Shown: positions 53,724 to 63,882 of the stretch, in pieces | Position numbering within the stretch: position 1 is the stretch's first letter | How the letters are laid out: each line of letters opens with the position of its first letter | Origin: an uncultured Thermoleophilia bacterium | GTDB lineage: Bacteria; Actinomycetota; Thermoleophilia; UBA2241 | Direction: 5' to 3' | DNA: 64,000 bases | Assembly: GCA_963702475.1 (NCBI GenBank) | Contig: CAVPCT010000004.1 | Location: 64,001 to 128,000 of the forward strand | The notes under the pieces: generated by a model | The model's input: the letters and a program-made list of their open reading frames with translations, nothing else | Told to the model about the DNA's origin: nothing | The model's database searches: none | Translations under genes and position numbers: made by a program

Positions 53724-54812
53724 ATGAAGGGACCGCACACCGCGCCGGTCGAAGGTATCCCGGTCTGGTACACGTACTGCCACCTGATCGATGCGGGTAC
53801 CGTGGACGAGGAGCTTGGCCTTGTTGCGGAGGAGCTCGCGCGGCGCGGCGCGCGTCTCGGCTACTTCCTCGCCGCCCCCGGGCACGACTTCTACCCCCAC
53901 TTCACGCACGAGCTCGACAGCCTCTTCCGCTTCGGCGGCTGCATCCCAGCGATCCACGTGAAGGCCGAGGTGCGTGACACCGTACTCCTCGGCCTGCAGT
54001 GGCTCGCGGAGGGCGGCGGGCTGCTGGTCCGCGCCGGCGAGGGGGTCGACGAGGTGAGCGACCTTCGCGGCAGGAGGATCGGCCTCACCAGAAGCCTCAA
54101 CCCGAGAAAGGTCGACTACCGGCGCGTTACGGACGAGCGCGGCGTGGAGGTCGTGCTCGGGCTCAACGGCGTGAGTCGCGACGACGTCGAACTGGTCGAC
54201 TGCGACCGCGTCGACGACTGGTACGACGCGCCAGAGGCCAAGGTGCCGCTGACCGGGCTCACGGAGTTCTGGAGCCGGTACGGGATCGACCCGGACCTAC
54301 GGCACCGGCCGCTGGTGGCAGAGCTCGAGGCCGGCATCATCGACGCGTGCTTCGTCACCGACCCCTTCGACCTCGGCTACCCGGACTACCCGGGCTTCTC
54401 CCTGATCGGAAGCCTGGCCCGCCACCCCGACTGGACGCTGCAGGTCGGCGGCGCGCCGTATGCGCTCACCTGCACAAGGCCGTTCGCCGACGAGCACCCC
54501 GACCTCGTGACCGCGTACCTTGCGGGTCTCGTGAGAGCCGGCAGGTGGTGCAACGATGATCCATCGGAGGCGGCCCGGCTGCTCGAGACGACCGGCTTCT
54601 ACCTGCCGGCGGAGACCACGCACGCGAAGCTCCGCACCGTCGACTTCGTGCCCAGCCTCTCCGCCGACAACCTGAGGGCCCTCGAGATCGAGAAGGACTT
54701 CATGCTGAGCGGCGGCTGCATCGCGCACGACGTCGACGTGCGCGCGTGGGCCGCGCCGGACTTCCTCACGGCTGCGCACCGCGAGCTCAAGGGGCGGGCC
54801 ACCGGGCCCTGA
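53724..54812 (+). CDS. DszB-like (aryl desulfinase / PBP type 2 fold) protein without a signal peptide
   Basis: YTYC, HFTH, RFGGCIP parallel DszB YSNC, HFTY, RFGGEIP (Cys/His/Arg); DLRGRRIG; WAAPDFL. Confidence 0.7.
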   Translation: MKGPHTAPVEGIPVWYTYCHLIDAGTVDEELGLVAEELARRGARLGYFLAAPGHDFYPHFTHELDSLFRFGGCIPAIHVKAEVRDTVLLGLQWLAEGGGLLVRAGEGVDEVSDLRGRRIGLTRSLNPRKVDYRRVTDERGVEVVLGLNGVSRDDVELVDCDRVDDWYDAPEAKVPLTGLTEFWSRYGIDPDLRHRPLVAELEAGIIDACFVTDPFDLGYPDYPGFSLIGSLARHPDWTLQVGGAPYALTCTRPFADEHPDLVTAYLAGLVRAGRWCNDDPSEAARLLETTGFYLPAETTHAKLRTVDFVPSLSADNLRALEIEKDFMLSGGCIAHDVDVRAWAAPDFLTAAHRELKGRATGP

Positions 54813-54865
54813 ATCCGCCGGCGCGTCCGCGCCGCGCGTCCCTCCGGGCCACGCGCCGGCGCCGC

Positions 54866-54902
54866 AACGGGACGGGGGCCACTGCGCGGCCCCCGTCCCG
54901 TT
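54866..54902. terminator. Bidirectional terminator hairpin
   Basis: AACGGGACGGGGGCC-ACTGCGC-GGCCCCCGTCCCGTT between convergent genes. Confidence 0.75.
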
Positions 54903-54933
54903 CCGTTCCCTCGAGCGCCTCGCGGCGCCCGCG

Positions 54934-56538
54934 TCACTCGGTGAAGAACCCCTCGGTGAACGTGGTGTGCGCCCAGTCCGGGTCGAGCACGATGCCGTCG
55001 ACCTTGGCGGACTCGCCGGCGACCCCGGTCAGGACGATGAAGTTCATGATCGGCACTTCCTCCTGGATGAGCGCCTGCGCCTGCTTGTACAGATCGGCGC
55101 GCTCGGCCTCGTCCAGCGCCAGCGGGATCTGCTTGCAGATCTCGTCGAACTCGGCGTTGTTCCAGCGCGAGTAGTTCCACGCCGCGTCGCTCGTGAGCGC
55201 CAGCTTGAAGTACGTGATGGGCGATGCGCGCGTGCCCCAGTCAACGACGCCGAAGTCGGCCTGGTACCAGTTGTCGGTCCCCTTGTCTGCGTAGAAGACG
55301 TCGCTGGGCACCTTGACGATCTCGACGTTGACGCCGATGTCCTTCATCTGCGCCTGCCAAGCGGTGGCGATGGCCGGGATCGGGTCGGCGGTCTGCGCCA
55401 CGAGCTTGATGTCGACGCCGTCGGCGTAGCCCGCATCGGCGAGCATCTGCTTGGCCGCCTCCGGGTCGTAGGCGACGACCTCGGTGTCGGCGTAGTACGC
55501 CTGGTACGCAGGGCCGACGAACGTGCCGTTGCCGGGCTCGCCCACGCCCGGAGCCACCAGGTCGATGATCGCCTGGCGGTCGGTGCCGGCCCACAGCGCC
55601 TGACGGACCTTGAGGTCCTTACCGGCGCCCTGGTCGACGCGGATCTGCAAGCAGTTGAGGTAGTTGGTCACCGACGTGATGGTCTTCAGCATCGGATCGG
55701 ACTCCACGACCTGCTTCTGCTCGGACGTGATGCCGCCCACCCAGTCGAGGGCGCCGCCTTGCAGCCCCTCGATCTGGCCGGCTGTGTCGGGCGAGTAGAT
55801 GAAGTCGACGCCGTCGAAGTAAGGCAGCTGGTCGCCGTTCTCGGCCTTGTCCCAGTACTGCGGGTACTTCACCATCACGGCGCGGTCCTCGGCCGCGAAC
55901 GACTCGAGCATGAAGGGGCCGGTGCCCACGAGCTCGGTCATCGGGTCGGCCACGCTCTTGCAGAGCATCTTGGCGCGGTAGTCGGTCAGCGACGACGGGA
56001 ACTCGGAGTCGACCGCCTTCAGCTTGAACGTGACCTGGGTGGGGCTGTCGGCCACGACCTCCTCGATGTTGGCGTAGACGCCGGCCATCGGCGATTCCTC
56101 GCTCCGCAGGCGCTCGAACGAGTAGATGACGTCGTCGGCCGTGAACGCCTCGCCGTTGTGGAACGTGACACCCTCCTGGAGCACGAACGTCCAGCTCTGG
56201 CCGTCGGGCGAGTCCCAGCTCTGCGCGAGCCACGGCTGCACGCTGAAGTCCGGGGCGAGCTTGACCAGGTTCTCGGTCGCCTGGCACGTCATCAGGATGT
56301 CGCCCACGGACCCGGCCATCATGACGGGGTCGAACTGGCCGTTGCCGGGCTGCATGCCGACACGCAGCGTGCCCCCGGGGACCGGAGTTCCGGCGGCCGG
56401 GCTCTCGCTGGCGCCGCCGCCGCCCTCTTCTTCCGTGCCGCAGCCCACCGCAGCCACCGCCATCGCGGCGATGAGCAGCAGGATGGCTGCGACGGCCAGC
56501 GCCCGGGCCAGCCGTGTCTTCCTCTTGTGCGTGTTCAT
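54934..56538 (-). CDS. Peptide ABC substrate-binding lipoprotein (family 5)
   Basis: Lipobox AVGC; GVTFHNG, GTGPF, WNYSRWNN; 534 aa, intact. Confidence 0.95.
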   Translation of the reverse strand: MNTHKRKTRLARALAVAAILLLIAAMAVAAVGCGTEEEGGGGASESPAAGTPVPGGTLRVGMQPGNGQFDPVMMAGSVGDILMTCQATENLVKLAPDFSVQPWLAQSWDSPDGQSWTFVLQEGVTFHNGEAFTADDVIYSFERLRSEESPMAGVYANIEEVVADSPTQVTFKLKAVDSEFPSSLTDYRAKMLCKSVADPMTELVGTGPFMLESFAAEDRAVMVKYPQYWDKAENGDQLPYFDGVDFIYSPDTAGQIEGLQGGALDWVGGITSEQKQVVESDPMLKTITSVTNYLNCLQIRVDQGAGKDLKVRQALWAGTDRQAIIDLVAPGVGEPGNGTFVGPAYQAYYADTEVVAYDPEAAKQMLADAGYADGVDIKLVAQTADPIPAIATAWQAQMKDIGVNVEIVKVPSDVFYADKGTDNWYQADFGVVDWGTRASPITYFKLALTSDAAWNYSRWNNAEFDEICKQIPLALDEAERADLYKQAQALIQEEVPIMNFIVLTGVAGESAKVDGIVLDPDWAHTTFTEGFFTE

Positions 56539-56635
56539 GTGAATGTGTCCCCCTTCTGGTTGCCAGCTTCATGCCGGCCCTCCCACAGGGCCGACGGGCG
56601 CCCGCCCCGGGGCGCCCCTGGTTCCGTGACCTTGC

Positions 56636-56663
56636 ACATTAGCGGCGCAGGCGGGGGTGTCAA
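56636..56663 (-). promoter_or_regulatory. Sigma70-type promoter for the substrate-binding protein gene
   Basis: Minus strand TTGACA-N16-TAATGT. Confidence 0.55.
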
Positions 56664-56716
56664 GGTCGGGGAGTCGAGTGCGCGGCGGGGCCGGCGGGCG
56701 CAGCCGGCCCGGCCTG

Positions 56717-58102
56717 TCAGGCCAGGCAATAGGCGTCGAGCCGGCGCCGGACCACCGCGTCCAGGTCGTCAGGCGGCTCGTGTTGTTCCAGTCGGCGCGC
56801 GACTTCGCGTTGTGCGGCGGCGCGCAGCTCCTCGGCGCCGCCGGCCTGCCACTTCTCGAGCGCGTCGCGCATCAGGAGCGAGGCCCTCAGGCGGTCGCGG
56901 GCGTGCCGCCGCGTGTGCGCCTGCCCGAGATAGCCGCCGGCGGGCCCGACGTCGTCGATGACGTCCTCGGCGAGCTGCTCGGCGTCCGCGCCGGCCGGCT
57001 GGGCCGCGACGCGCAGCATCGCGGCCAGCTCGTCGTCCATCACCAGCTTCTCGACCGAGGCGATGTTGAACGAGCTGAGCACACCGGCGCCCTGCATGAT
57101 GAAGTCGGCGCCGGCGCGCATGCCCGCGCCCAGGCAGAGCGCCGACTCGAGCATGGCCTGCGAGTCCGGCAGATGCGCGTCGGTGACGGCCGCTCCAGCG
57201 CGCACCGGCAGGCCGCAGAGGCGTGCCAGGCCGACCGTCGCCTCCGCCATCCCGGCGAACTCGGCCGTGCCGAAAGTCGCGTTGCCCGTGCGCAGGTCGG
57301 ACATGGTCGAGAGGCCCCCATAGACGAACGGGCTCCCCTCGCGGATGCCTTGCGCGATCACGAGGGCGGCCAGCACTTCGGCGTGCTGCACGACGAGCGT
57401 GCCGGCCGGCGTAGCGGGGCCGGTGGTACCGCCCATGGTGCACGCCGTGACGCAGGACGGCTGCCCGAGCCGCGCCCAGCGCAGGAGCATGCGCACGTTC
57501 TCGCCGGCCAGCTGGAGCGGCGACGTCGTGTTGAGGACGATGAGCGCGCGGGGGACGTCGTGCCAGCCCGCGCCCCACAGGATCTCGTTGATGGCGATCG
57601 CGTCGTCGAGGTCCTCCTCGGCACTGGCGATCCACTCGGTGCTCTTGTCGCTCAGCGTGAGCCGGGCGTACGTCGAGCGCCGCGTGCGCTCGTCCTCGGG
57701 CAGGTCGAGCGGTTCGACGGCGTCGGCCTGGAAGCCGACCTGGTCCGAGAGGTGGGCGACCATGGCGACGTCCTCGACGTCCGACAGCCGCCCGGCGCGG
57801 ACCGTGTCACCGTCGAGCACGTAGGCCGGACCGGACACGGTGCCGAGCACGGTCGGCCCCTCGCCGAAGACCAGATCCCGCTCCCGCGAGCGGCCCTTGA
57901 GCACGAACGCCGAGGGCGCGGCGGCCAGCGCCGCCCGCACCGCGTCCTCAGGGATCCACACGCGGCGCCCCACTGCGCGCGCGCCATGGGCCACGAGCAT
58001 GGCGACCGCGTCGTCGTCCTGCACGAGCACGCCGGTGCACGCCAGCACGCGGAACGCCGCCTCGTGGATCGCCTCGATGTCGGTGAGCGAGAACACGGTC
58101 AA
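56717..58102 (-). CDS. MttB family methyltransferase 5, non-Pyl
   Basis: NTTSPL, MGGTTGP, HAEVLA, SDLRTG; Pyl-equivalent region RAGAA-V-TDA. Confidence 0.92.
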   Translation of the reverse strand: MTVFSLTDIEAIHEAAFRVLACTGVLVQDDDAVAMLVAHGARAVGRRVWIPEDAVRAALAAAPSAFVLKGRSRERDLVFGEGPTVLGTVSGPAYVLDGDTVRAGRLSDVEDVAMVAHLSDQVGFQADAVEPLDLPEDERTRRSTYARLTLSDKSTEWIASAEEDLDDAIAINEILWGAGWHDVPRALIVLNTTSPLQLAGENVRMLLRWARLGQPSCVTACTMGGTTGPATPAGTLVVQHAEVLAALVIAQGIREGSPFVYGGLSTMSDLRTGNATFGTAEFAGMAEATVGLARLCGLPVRAGAAVTDAHLPDSQAMLESALCLGAGMRAGADFIMQGAGVLSSFNIASVEKLVMDDELAAMLRVAAQPAGADAEQLAEDVIDDVGPAGGYLGQAHTRRHARDRLRASLLMRDALEKWQAGGAEELRAAAQREVARRLEQHEPPDDLDAVVRRRLDAYCLA

Positions 58103-58115
58103 ACCGCCGGCCGGG

Positions 58116-59571
58116 TCACACGTCCGGGACGAACCCGTCCACGATGGCGTCGATGCGCGCCTTGACGTCGTCCGCGAGCGGCGCCGGCTCGTGCTCGGCG
58201 AGGAGCTTCAGTGCCTTGCGGCGGGCTTTCTCGAGGATGTCGAGCCCGCCCTCCTCCTCCCACCGCATGCGCCCCTCACGGTTGATGATCGTCGGTCGCC
58301 ACTGCGCCGAGCGCACATGCCGCTTGGTGTGCTTGTTCCTGAGGAAGTCGCCGCCGGGGCCGACCTGCCGCACCACGTCCACGGCCAGCGTCTCTTCGTT
58401 CACCTCGACGCCGCCCCAGAAGCGGCGGTTCAGTGAGATGAACTCGTCCATGAGCACGACGAGCTCGAGCGAGACCGTCATGCCGAAGTCCATGTAGCCG
58501 AGGTCGTGGTTGAGGTTGGAGCCGACCGCGAGGCTCAGCAGCACGGCCTCCCCGGCCTCCATGCCGGCCTGCGCGTCGACCACCTGTGAATCGGTCGTCC
58601 CGCCGTAGCCCCAGTTGGGGAGGTCCATCCAGCGGGCCAGCTCGGCCGCGCAGACGTAGCCCATGTAGTACTCGGGCGCGTTGTAGGCGGACTGCATGGT
58701 CGCCATGTCCAGCACCGCTGGCCCGATGCCGTAGATGAACGGCGCGCCGGGGCTGCGGAGCTGGTGGACGACGAGGCCCAGCAAGCGACTCCGCCGTGCC
58801 CAGGGCGATGTGCCCGGCCACGGTGATGGGCGCCGTGCCGCCGGCGAGCGGCGCCGTGGAGTACACGAACGGGATGCCCTTGTCGGCGCCGTAGAGGAGC
58901 TTGGCCAGCGACTCGCCGGGGTGCAGGAGCGGGCTCGACGGCTCGCCGTACACGGTGAAGTAGGGCTTCGCGCGGGCCGCATCGACGCCTCCGCGCAACT
59001 CGCAGGTGATCTCCCACATCGCCGCGAGGTCGCCGGCGTTCTCCGCCACCACCACCGGCGGCTTGGTCGAGTTCTCCACCATGGCGCGGAAGCTCTCCAG
59101 CAGCGCCTTGTGCGGGTCGCAGTCGCCGGGGTGCGCGTGCGCCATGACGAAGTCGACGTTGGGGAGAGCGTCGCAGAGCCGCGCCGCCATCACTCCATCG
59201 GCGAGGACGGTGGGCCGGTGCTCACCGGTCTCCAGGTCGTAGACGTTGGTGACCGCCGAGCCGTTGCCGAAGTAGACGTTGTAGCGGCCGAGCGACATGG
59301 CCGGCTCGCCCTCGCGGTCGTAGACCTCGATGACCGGGGGCGCCGTGGCGCGGGCCTGCTCGACGAGCTCGCGGGGCACGCGCACGAGGTCGTCGCCCTC
59401 CACCTCGCAGCCGGCGGCGCGCAGCAACTCCAGGGCCTCGGCGTTGCGGACGCGCTGGCCCACGGTGGCCATGATCTCCAGGGCGGCGTCGTAGATGGCC
59501 GCCTTGTCCTCATCTGTCAGGTAGGTCATGTGGCCGGGGCGGAGCCGCGGCTCGGGACTGGCGTCGGTCAC
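58116..59571 (-). CDS. MttB family methyltransferase 6, non-Pyl, apparent frameshift near 58785
   Basis: YFGNGS, EPSSPL, GGTAPIT, LNHDLGY; Pyl-equivalent region GYGG-T-TDS. Confidence 0.9.
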
Positions 59572-59642
59572 GATTTCTCTCCTCAAAGACGGTCTGCTTC
59601 ACGGGCGCGGCCGCCGCAGCGGGCCGCGCCGGTCACATCATC

Positions 59643-61187
59643 TCAGAGGCGGCGCACGATGGCGGCGAACTGGCCGGCCGCCACGGCCCGCGCCGCCGCC
59701 TCCAGCTCCGGCGCCAGGTAGCGGTCGCGGCCGAGGGTGGGCGCGAAGGTCCTGACGAGGTCGCGCCCCGCTCTGGTCCCGGCGCCGGCTACCAGCGGCG
59801 CCAGCAGATCGATGGCCTGCGCCGCGCACAGCGCCTCGATGCCGAGCACGGCCTGCGCATTGCGCATCACGTCGCGCAGCTTCAGCGCCGAGGTCATGCC
59901 CATGCTCACGTGGTCCTCCTGGTCCCCGGAACTGGGGATGGAGTCGACGCTGGCGGGGTGGCACAGGACCTTGTTCTCGGCGACGAGGGCCGCCGCCGTG
60001 TACTGGGCGATCATGTAGCCGTTGTTGAGGCCGCTGTCGGTGGTGAGGAACGGCGGCAGATCACTGAGGGAGCTGGTCAGCATGCGGAACGTGCGGCGCT
60101 CGCTGATGTTGGCGATCTCGCTCAGGGCCATCGCCGCCAGGTCGAGTGCGAGGGCGAGCGGCTCCCCGTGGAAGTTGCCGGCCGAGATGATCTCGCCGCT
60201 CTCCGGGAACACGAGCGGGTTGTCCGTCACGGCGTCGACCTCGACAGTGACGACCTCGCGCAGCCAGCGCAGCGCGTCGCGGCAGGCGCCGTGCACCTGG
60301 GGGATACAGCGCAGCGAGTAGGCGTCCTGCACCTTGTCGCAGTTCAGGTGGCTGAGCATGATCGCGCTGCCCTCGGTGGCGGCGCGCACGTGGCGGGCCG
60401 TCAGGAGCTGGCCGGGGATCGGGCGCAGCTCCTGGATGCGCGCCTGGAACGGCCCGACGGAGGCGCGCAGGCCCTCCAGGCTCATCGCGCCGATCAGATC
60501 GGCGGAGTCGAGCAGCGCCTCGCCGTCGGCGACTGAGAGGCAGGCGATCGCCGCCATGAACTGGGTGCCGTTCAGCAGGCTCAGGCCCTCCTTCGCCTCG
60601 GGCACGAGGGGCGCGAGCCCGGCGGCCTGCAGAGCAGGCCCGCTCGGCTCGCGCCGCCCGTCGTCCGTGAGCAGTTCGCCCTCGCCCATCATCGCGAGGA
60701 CCAGATGAGCCGACGGGGCGAGGTCGCCGGAGGCGCCCAGCGAGCCACGCGACGGCACCCACGGCACCAGGTCGGCATTGAGCATGGCCGCGACCATCTC
60801 GGCGCAGGCGGCGCGCACGCCGGAGTGGCCACGCGCCATGGTGTTCAAGCGGATGACCATCGCCGCCCGCACGGTCTCACGGCTGAGCGGCTCGCCGACG
60901 CCCACGGCGTGACTGCGCACGAGGTTCTCCTGGAGCTCTTTGACCTTGTCGGCGGGGATGTGCGTGGTGGCCAGCAGGCCGAAGCCCGTCGTGACGCCGT
61001 AGGCGACCTGCTCTTCCGCGATGACGCGGGCGATCACGGCGTGCGCGGCAGCGATGCGGTGCAGCGCGGCCCGGCCCAGGGAGACCTGGGCCCCGCCGCG
61101 CGCGACCGCCACGACCTGCTCGATCGTGAGCGGCGCGTCGCCGATCACCAGCTCGGCGACACCTCGGCCGGGGACCGCCGCGCTCAC
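59643..61187 (-). CDS. hutH: Canonical histidine ammonia-lyase
   Basis: YGVTTGFG, LVRSHAVG (HAL Ser-His), GSLGASGDLAP (MIO), VQDAYSLRC, GNFHG, QEDHVSMG; GTG start overlaps the sucD stop. Confidence 0.94.
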   Translation of the reverse strand: MSAAVPGRGVAELVIGDAPLTIEQVVAVARGGAQVSLGRAALHRIAAAHAVIARVIAEEQVAYGVTTGFGLLATTHIPADKVKELQENLVRSHAVGVGEPLSRETVRAAMVIRLNTMARGHSGVRAACAEMVAAMLNADLVPWVPSRGSLGASGDLAPSAHLVLAMMGEGELLTDDGRREPSGPALQAAGLAPLVPEAKEGLSLLNGTQFMAAIACLSVADGEALLDSADLIGAMSLEGLRASVGPFQARIQELRPIPGQLLTARHVRAATEGSAIMLSHLNCDKVQDAYSLRCIPQVHGACRDALRWLREVVTVEVDAVTDNPLVFPESGEIISAGNFHGEPLALALDLAAMALSEIANISERRTFRMLTSSLSDLPPFLTTDSGLNNGYMIAQYTAAALVAENKVLCHPASVDSIPSSGDQEDHVSMGMTSALKLRDVMRNAQAVLGIEALCAAQAIDLLAPLVAGAGTRAGRDLVRTFAPTLGRDRYLAPELEAAARAVAAGQFAAIVRRL

Positions 61188-62077
61188 GAGCGCTTCGCCT
61201 TCTTCCGCTTCTCGAGCAGCTTCTGCAGCAGCGGCACGACCTCGAGCGGCGCCTTGGCCACGGGGATGCCGGCGGCCTCCAGCGCCTTCTTCTTGTCCGC
61301 GGCCGTGCCGGCGCCGCCCTCCACGATGGCGCCGGCGTGACCCATGCGCTTGCCGGGCGGCGCCGCGAACCCGGCCACGAACGCGACGACCGGCTTGGTC
61401 ACGTGCTTCTTGATGAACTGGGCGGCGGTCTCCTCGTCGTTGCCGCCGATCTCGCCGATGAGCACGATGGCCTCGGTCTCGGGGTCGGCCTGGAAGCGCT
61501 CGAGGCAGTCGACGAAACCGAGGCCGTGGACCGGGTCGCCGCCCATGCCGACCACGGTGGACTGCCCGATGCCGGCATTGGTGAGGGCGTTCAGGACCTC
61601 GTAGGTGAGCGTCCCCGAGCGCGAGACCAGGCCGACGGCGCCGGGCATGCACACGTCCGCCGGCATGATGCCGACGTTGCAGCGGCGCGGCGTGACCAGC
61701 CCGGGGCCGTTGGGCCCGATGAGCAGGGTGTTGCGCCGCTCCAGGTGGGAGATGACCTCGGCCATGTCGCGGGCGGGGATGTCCTCGGTGACGCAGACGA
61801 TGAGCCGGATGCCGGCGTCGGCCGCCTCGATCATGGCGTCGCGGGCGAAGCCCGCCGGCACGAAGATCACGGAGACGTCGGGCCTGGTCTGCTCCATGGC
61901 GTCGGCGACCGTGTCGAACACCGGCACGCCGCTCACCTCCTGGCCGCCGCGGCCCGGCGACGTGCCGGCCACGACGTTGGTGCCGGCCGCGCGCATGCGC
62001 ACGGCGTGGAAGGTACCCTCGCGGCCGGTGACGCCCTGCACGAGGACGCGCGTGTTCTCGTCGACCAGGATGGACAT
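61184..62077 (-). CDS. sucD: Succinyl-CoA synthetase alpha subunit
   Basis: [36 protein letters not shown] (phospho-His). Confidence 0.95.
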   Translation of the reverse strand: MSILVDENTRVLVQGVTGREGTFHAVRMRAAGTNVVAGTSPGRGGQEVSGVPVFDTVADAMEQTRPDVSVIFVPAGFARDAMIEAADAGIRLIVCVTEDIPARDMAEVISHLERRNTLLIGPNGPGLVTPRRCNVGIMPADVCMPGAVGLVSRSGTLTYEVLNALTNAGIGQSTVVGMGGDPVHGLGFVDCLERFQADPETEAIVLIGEIGGNDEETAAQFIKKHVTKPVVAFVAGFAAPPGKRMGHAGAIVEGGAGTAADKKKALEAAGIPVAKAPLEVVPLLQKLLEKRKKAKRS

Positions 62078-63276
62078 CAGCCGGCCTCCCCATCCGCGCC
62101 GGCGGCCGCCGGCGCCTCGTTGGACGCGAGCTCCCCGCGCGCCGCCGCCACGGCCATCGTGACCGCCTCGGGGGCGCTGGCCGCCACGTGCAGCTGCGGG
62201 AGCCCGGCCTCGGAGAGGATCTTGCGCCCCGCCGAGGCCGCCGTACCGTCGAGGCGCACGACCACGGGCGCCTCGACGCCGACCTCCGCGAAGGCCTGCA
62301 GCAGCCCCCGAGCCACCTCGTCGCAGCGCGTGAGGCCGCCGAAGATGCTCACCAGCACGGCCTTCACGCCGTCCGCGGCGAGCACGAGATCGAGGGCGTT
62401 GGCCACGACCTCGGCCCGGGCGCCGCCGCCGAGGTCGCAGAAGTCGGCGGCGGCGCCGCCGGCCGCGGCCAGCTGGTCGATGGTGCTCATCACCAGGCCG
62501 GCGCCGTTGCCCATCACGCCGATGTCGCCGTCGAGCGCGACGAAGGCGAGCCCGTTGCGGTGGGCTCGCGCCTCGCGCTCGTCCAGGCCCGCCTCAGAGA
62601 TGGCGGCGAAGTCCGGGTGCCGGAACAGGGCGCTGTCGTCGATCGTCACCTTGCTGTCGAGGCACACGACGGCGCCGTCGGGCGTGAGCGCCAGCGGATT
62701 GACCTCGAGCAGCGTGGCGTCGGTCTCCAGGTAGAGTCGCCACGCGGCCCGCACCACGGCCCACAGCGAGCGGCCGGCGAACGACTTGCGCGGCAGGCCG
62801 GCCGCGGCGAGCACGTCCCGCACCTGGTAGTCGCAGAGGCCGAGGAGCGGGTCGAGGGGCCGCCGGATCAGGGCGCCGGGGTCGCGGCGGGCGATGCTCT
62901 CGATGTCCACGCCGCCCTCGCGCGCGAACACCAGCACCGGGCCGCGGTCGGCGCGCGAGAGCATGAACGCCAGGTACATCTCGCGGGCGATGTCCGCGGC
63001 CTCCTCGATCAGCACGCACTCGACGGGCTTGTCCTTGATGGTCATCGCGAGGATCGCGCTGGCGGCCGCGTGCACGTCCTCGATGGTGGCGCACCTCTTC
63101 ACGCCGCCGGCCTTGCCGCGTCCGCCGGTCTTGGCCTGGGCCTTGACGACCACCGGCAGACCGATGCGCTTGGCGGCATCGACCGCCTCGGGCGGCGTCC
63201 ACGCGGTCTCGCCGGCCATCACCGGCAGCCCGGCTTTGGCGAACAGCTCCTTGCCCTGGTGTTCGAGCAGGTCCAT
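62077..63276 (-). CDS. sucC: Succinyl-CoA synthetase beta subunit
   Basis: MDLLEHQGK, GGRGKAGGV, EVNPL, GNGAGL, DLGGG, IFGG. Confidence 0.94.
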   Translation of the reverse strand: MDLLEHQGKELFAKAGLPVMAGETAWTPPEAVDAAKRIGLPVVVKAQAKTGGRGKAGGVKRCATIEDVHAAASAILAMTIKDKPVECVLIEEAADIAREMYLAFMLSRADRGPVLVFAREGGVDIESIARRDPGALIRRPLDPLLGLCDYQVRDVLAAAGLPRKSFAGRSLWAVVRAAWRLYLETDATLLEVNPLALTPDGAVVCLDSKVTIDDSALFRHPDFAAISEAGLDEREARAHRNGLAFVALDGDIGVMGNGAGLVMSTIDQLAAAGGAAADFCDLGGGARAEVVANALDLVLAADGVKAVLVSIFGGLTRCDEVARGLLQAFAEVGVEAPVVVRLDGTAASAGRKILSEAGLPQLHVAASAPEAVTMAVAAARGELASNEAPAAAGADGEAG

Positions 63277-63288
63277 GCGGGCCCCGGG

Positions 63289-63882
63289 TCAGGCCGGCGG
63301 CGCGGCCGGCGTCGGCGAGAGGCTCGCCTCCGACGCCAGGCGCCTGCCCAGCCGGAACGCCTCGGCGTTCAGGTCGCGGAACTTCTCCGGCACGCGCTTG
63401 ACCACGGCCTCCTCGACGGCGTACGCGGGGAGGATACCGGCGAACTCGACGAGCGCGCCGAGGGCGACGATGTTGGTGACCACCTTCTTCTTGAGCTCCT
63501 CCGCGGCGGTCCGCGTGAACGGCACCCCGCACAGGGTCCACTGCGCGCTCTCAGGCCCCGGATGCACGAAGTCGGAGTCGTAGACGAGCAGGCCGCCGGG
63601 CCGCATGCCGGTGACGTAGGCGCGGTAGGCGCCCGGCGCCAGGCACAGGTTCACGTCCGGCGAGAGCACCTCGGGGTAGTCGATCTCCTCGCTCGAGATG
63701 ATGACCTCGCTCTTGGAAGCCCCGCCGCGCGCGGCGGGGCCGTAGCTCTGCGTCTGCACCACCTGCTTGCCGAGCTCCGTGGCGGCCTCGGCGATGATCG
63801 CGGCCACCAGCAGGATGCCCTGGCCGCCGGCGCCGGAGCAGCGGATCTCGGCGCGCACCGAGAGGTCGCGGCCGTCAACCAT
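63289..63882 (-). CDS. 2-oxoacid:ferredoxin oxidoreductase gamma subunit
   Basis: GAGGQG, QSYGPAARGGAS, NIVALG, NAEAF. Confidence 0.92.
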   Translation of the reverse strand: MVDGRDLSVRAEIRCSGAGGQGILLVAAIIAEAATELGKQVVQTQSYGPAARGGASKSEVIISSEEIDYPEVLSPDVNLCLAPGAYRAYVTGMRPGGLLVYDSDFVHPGPESAQWTLCGVPFTRTAAEELKKKVVTNIVALGALVEFAGILPAYAVEEAVVKRVPEKFRDLNAEAFRLGRRLASEASLSPTPAAPPA

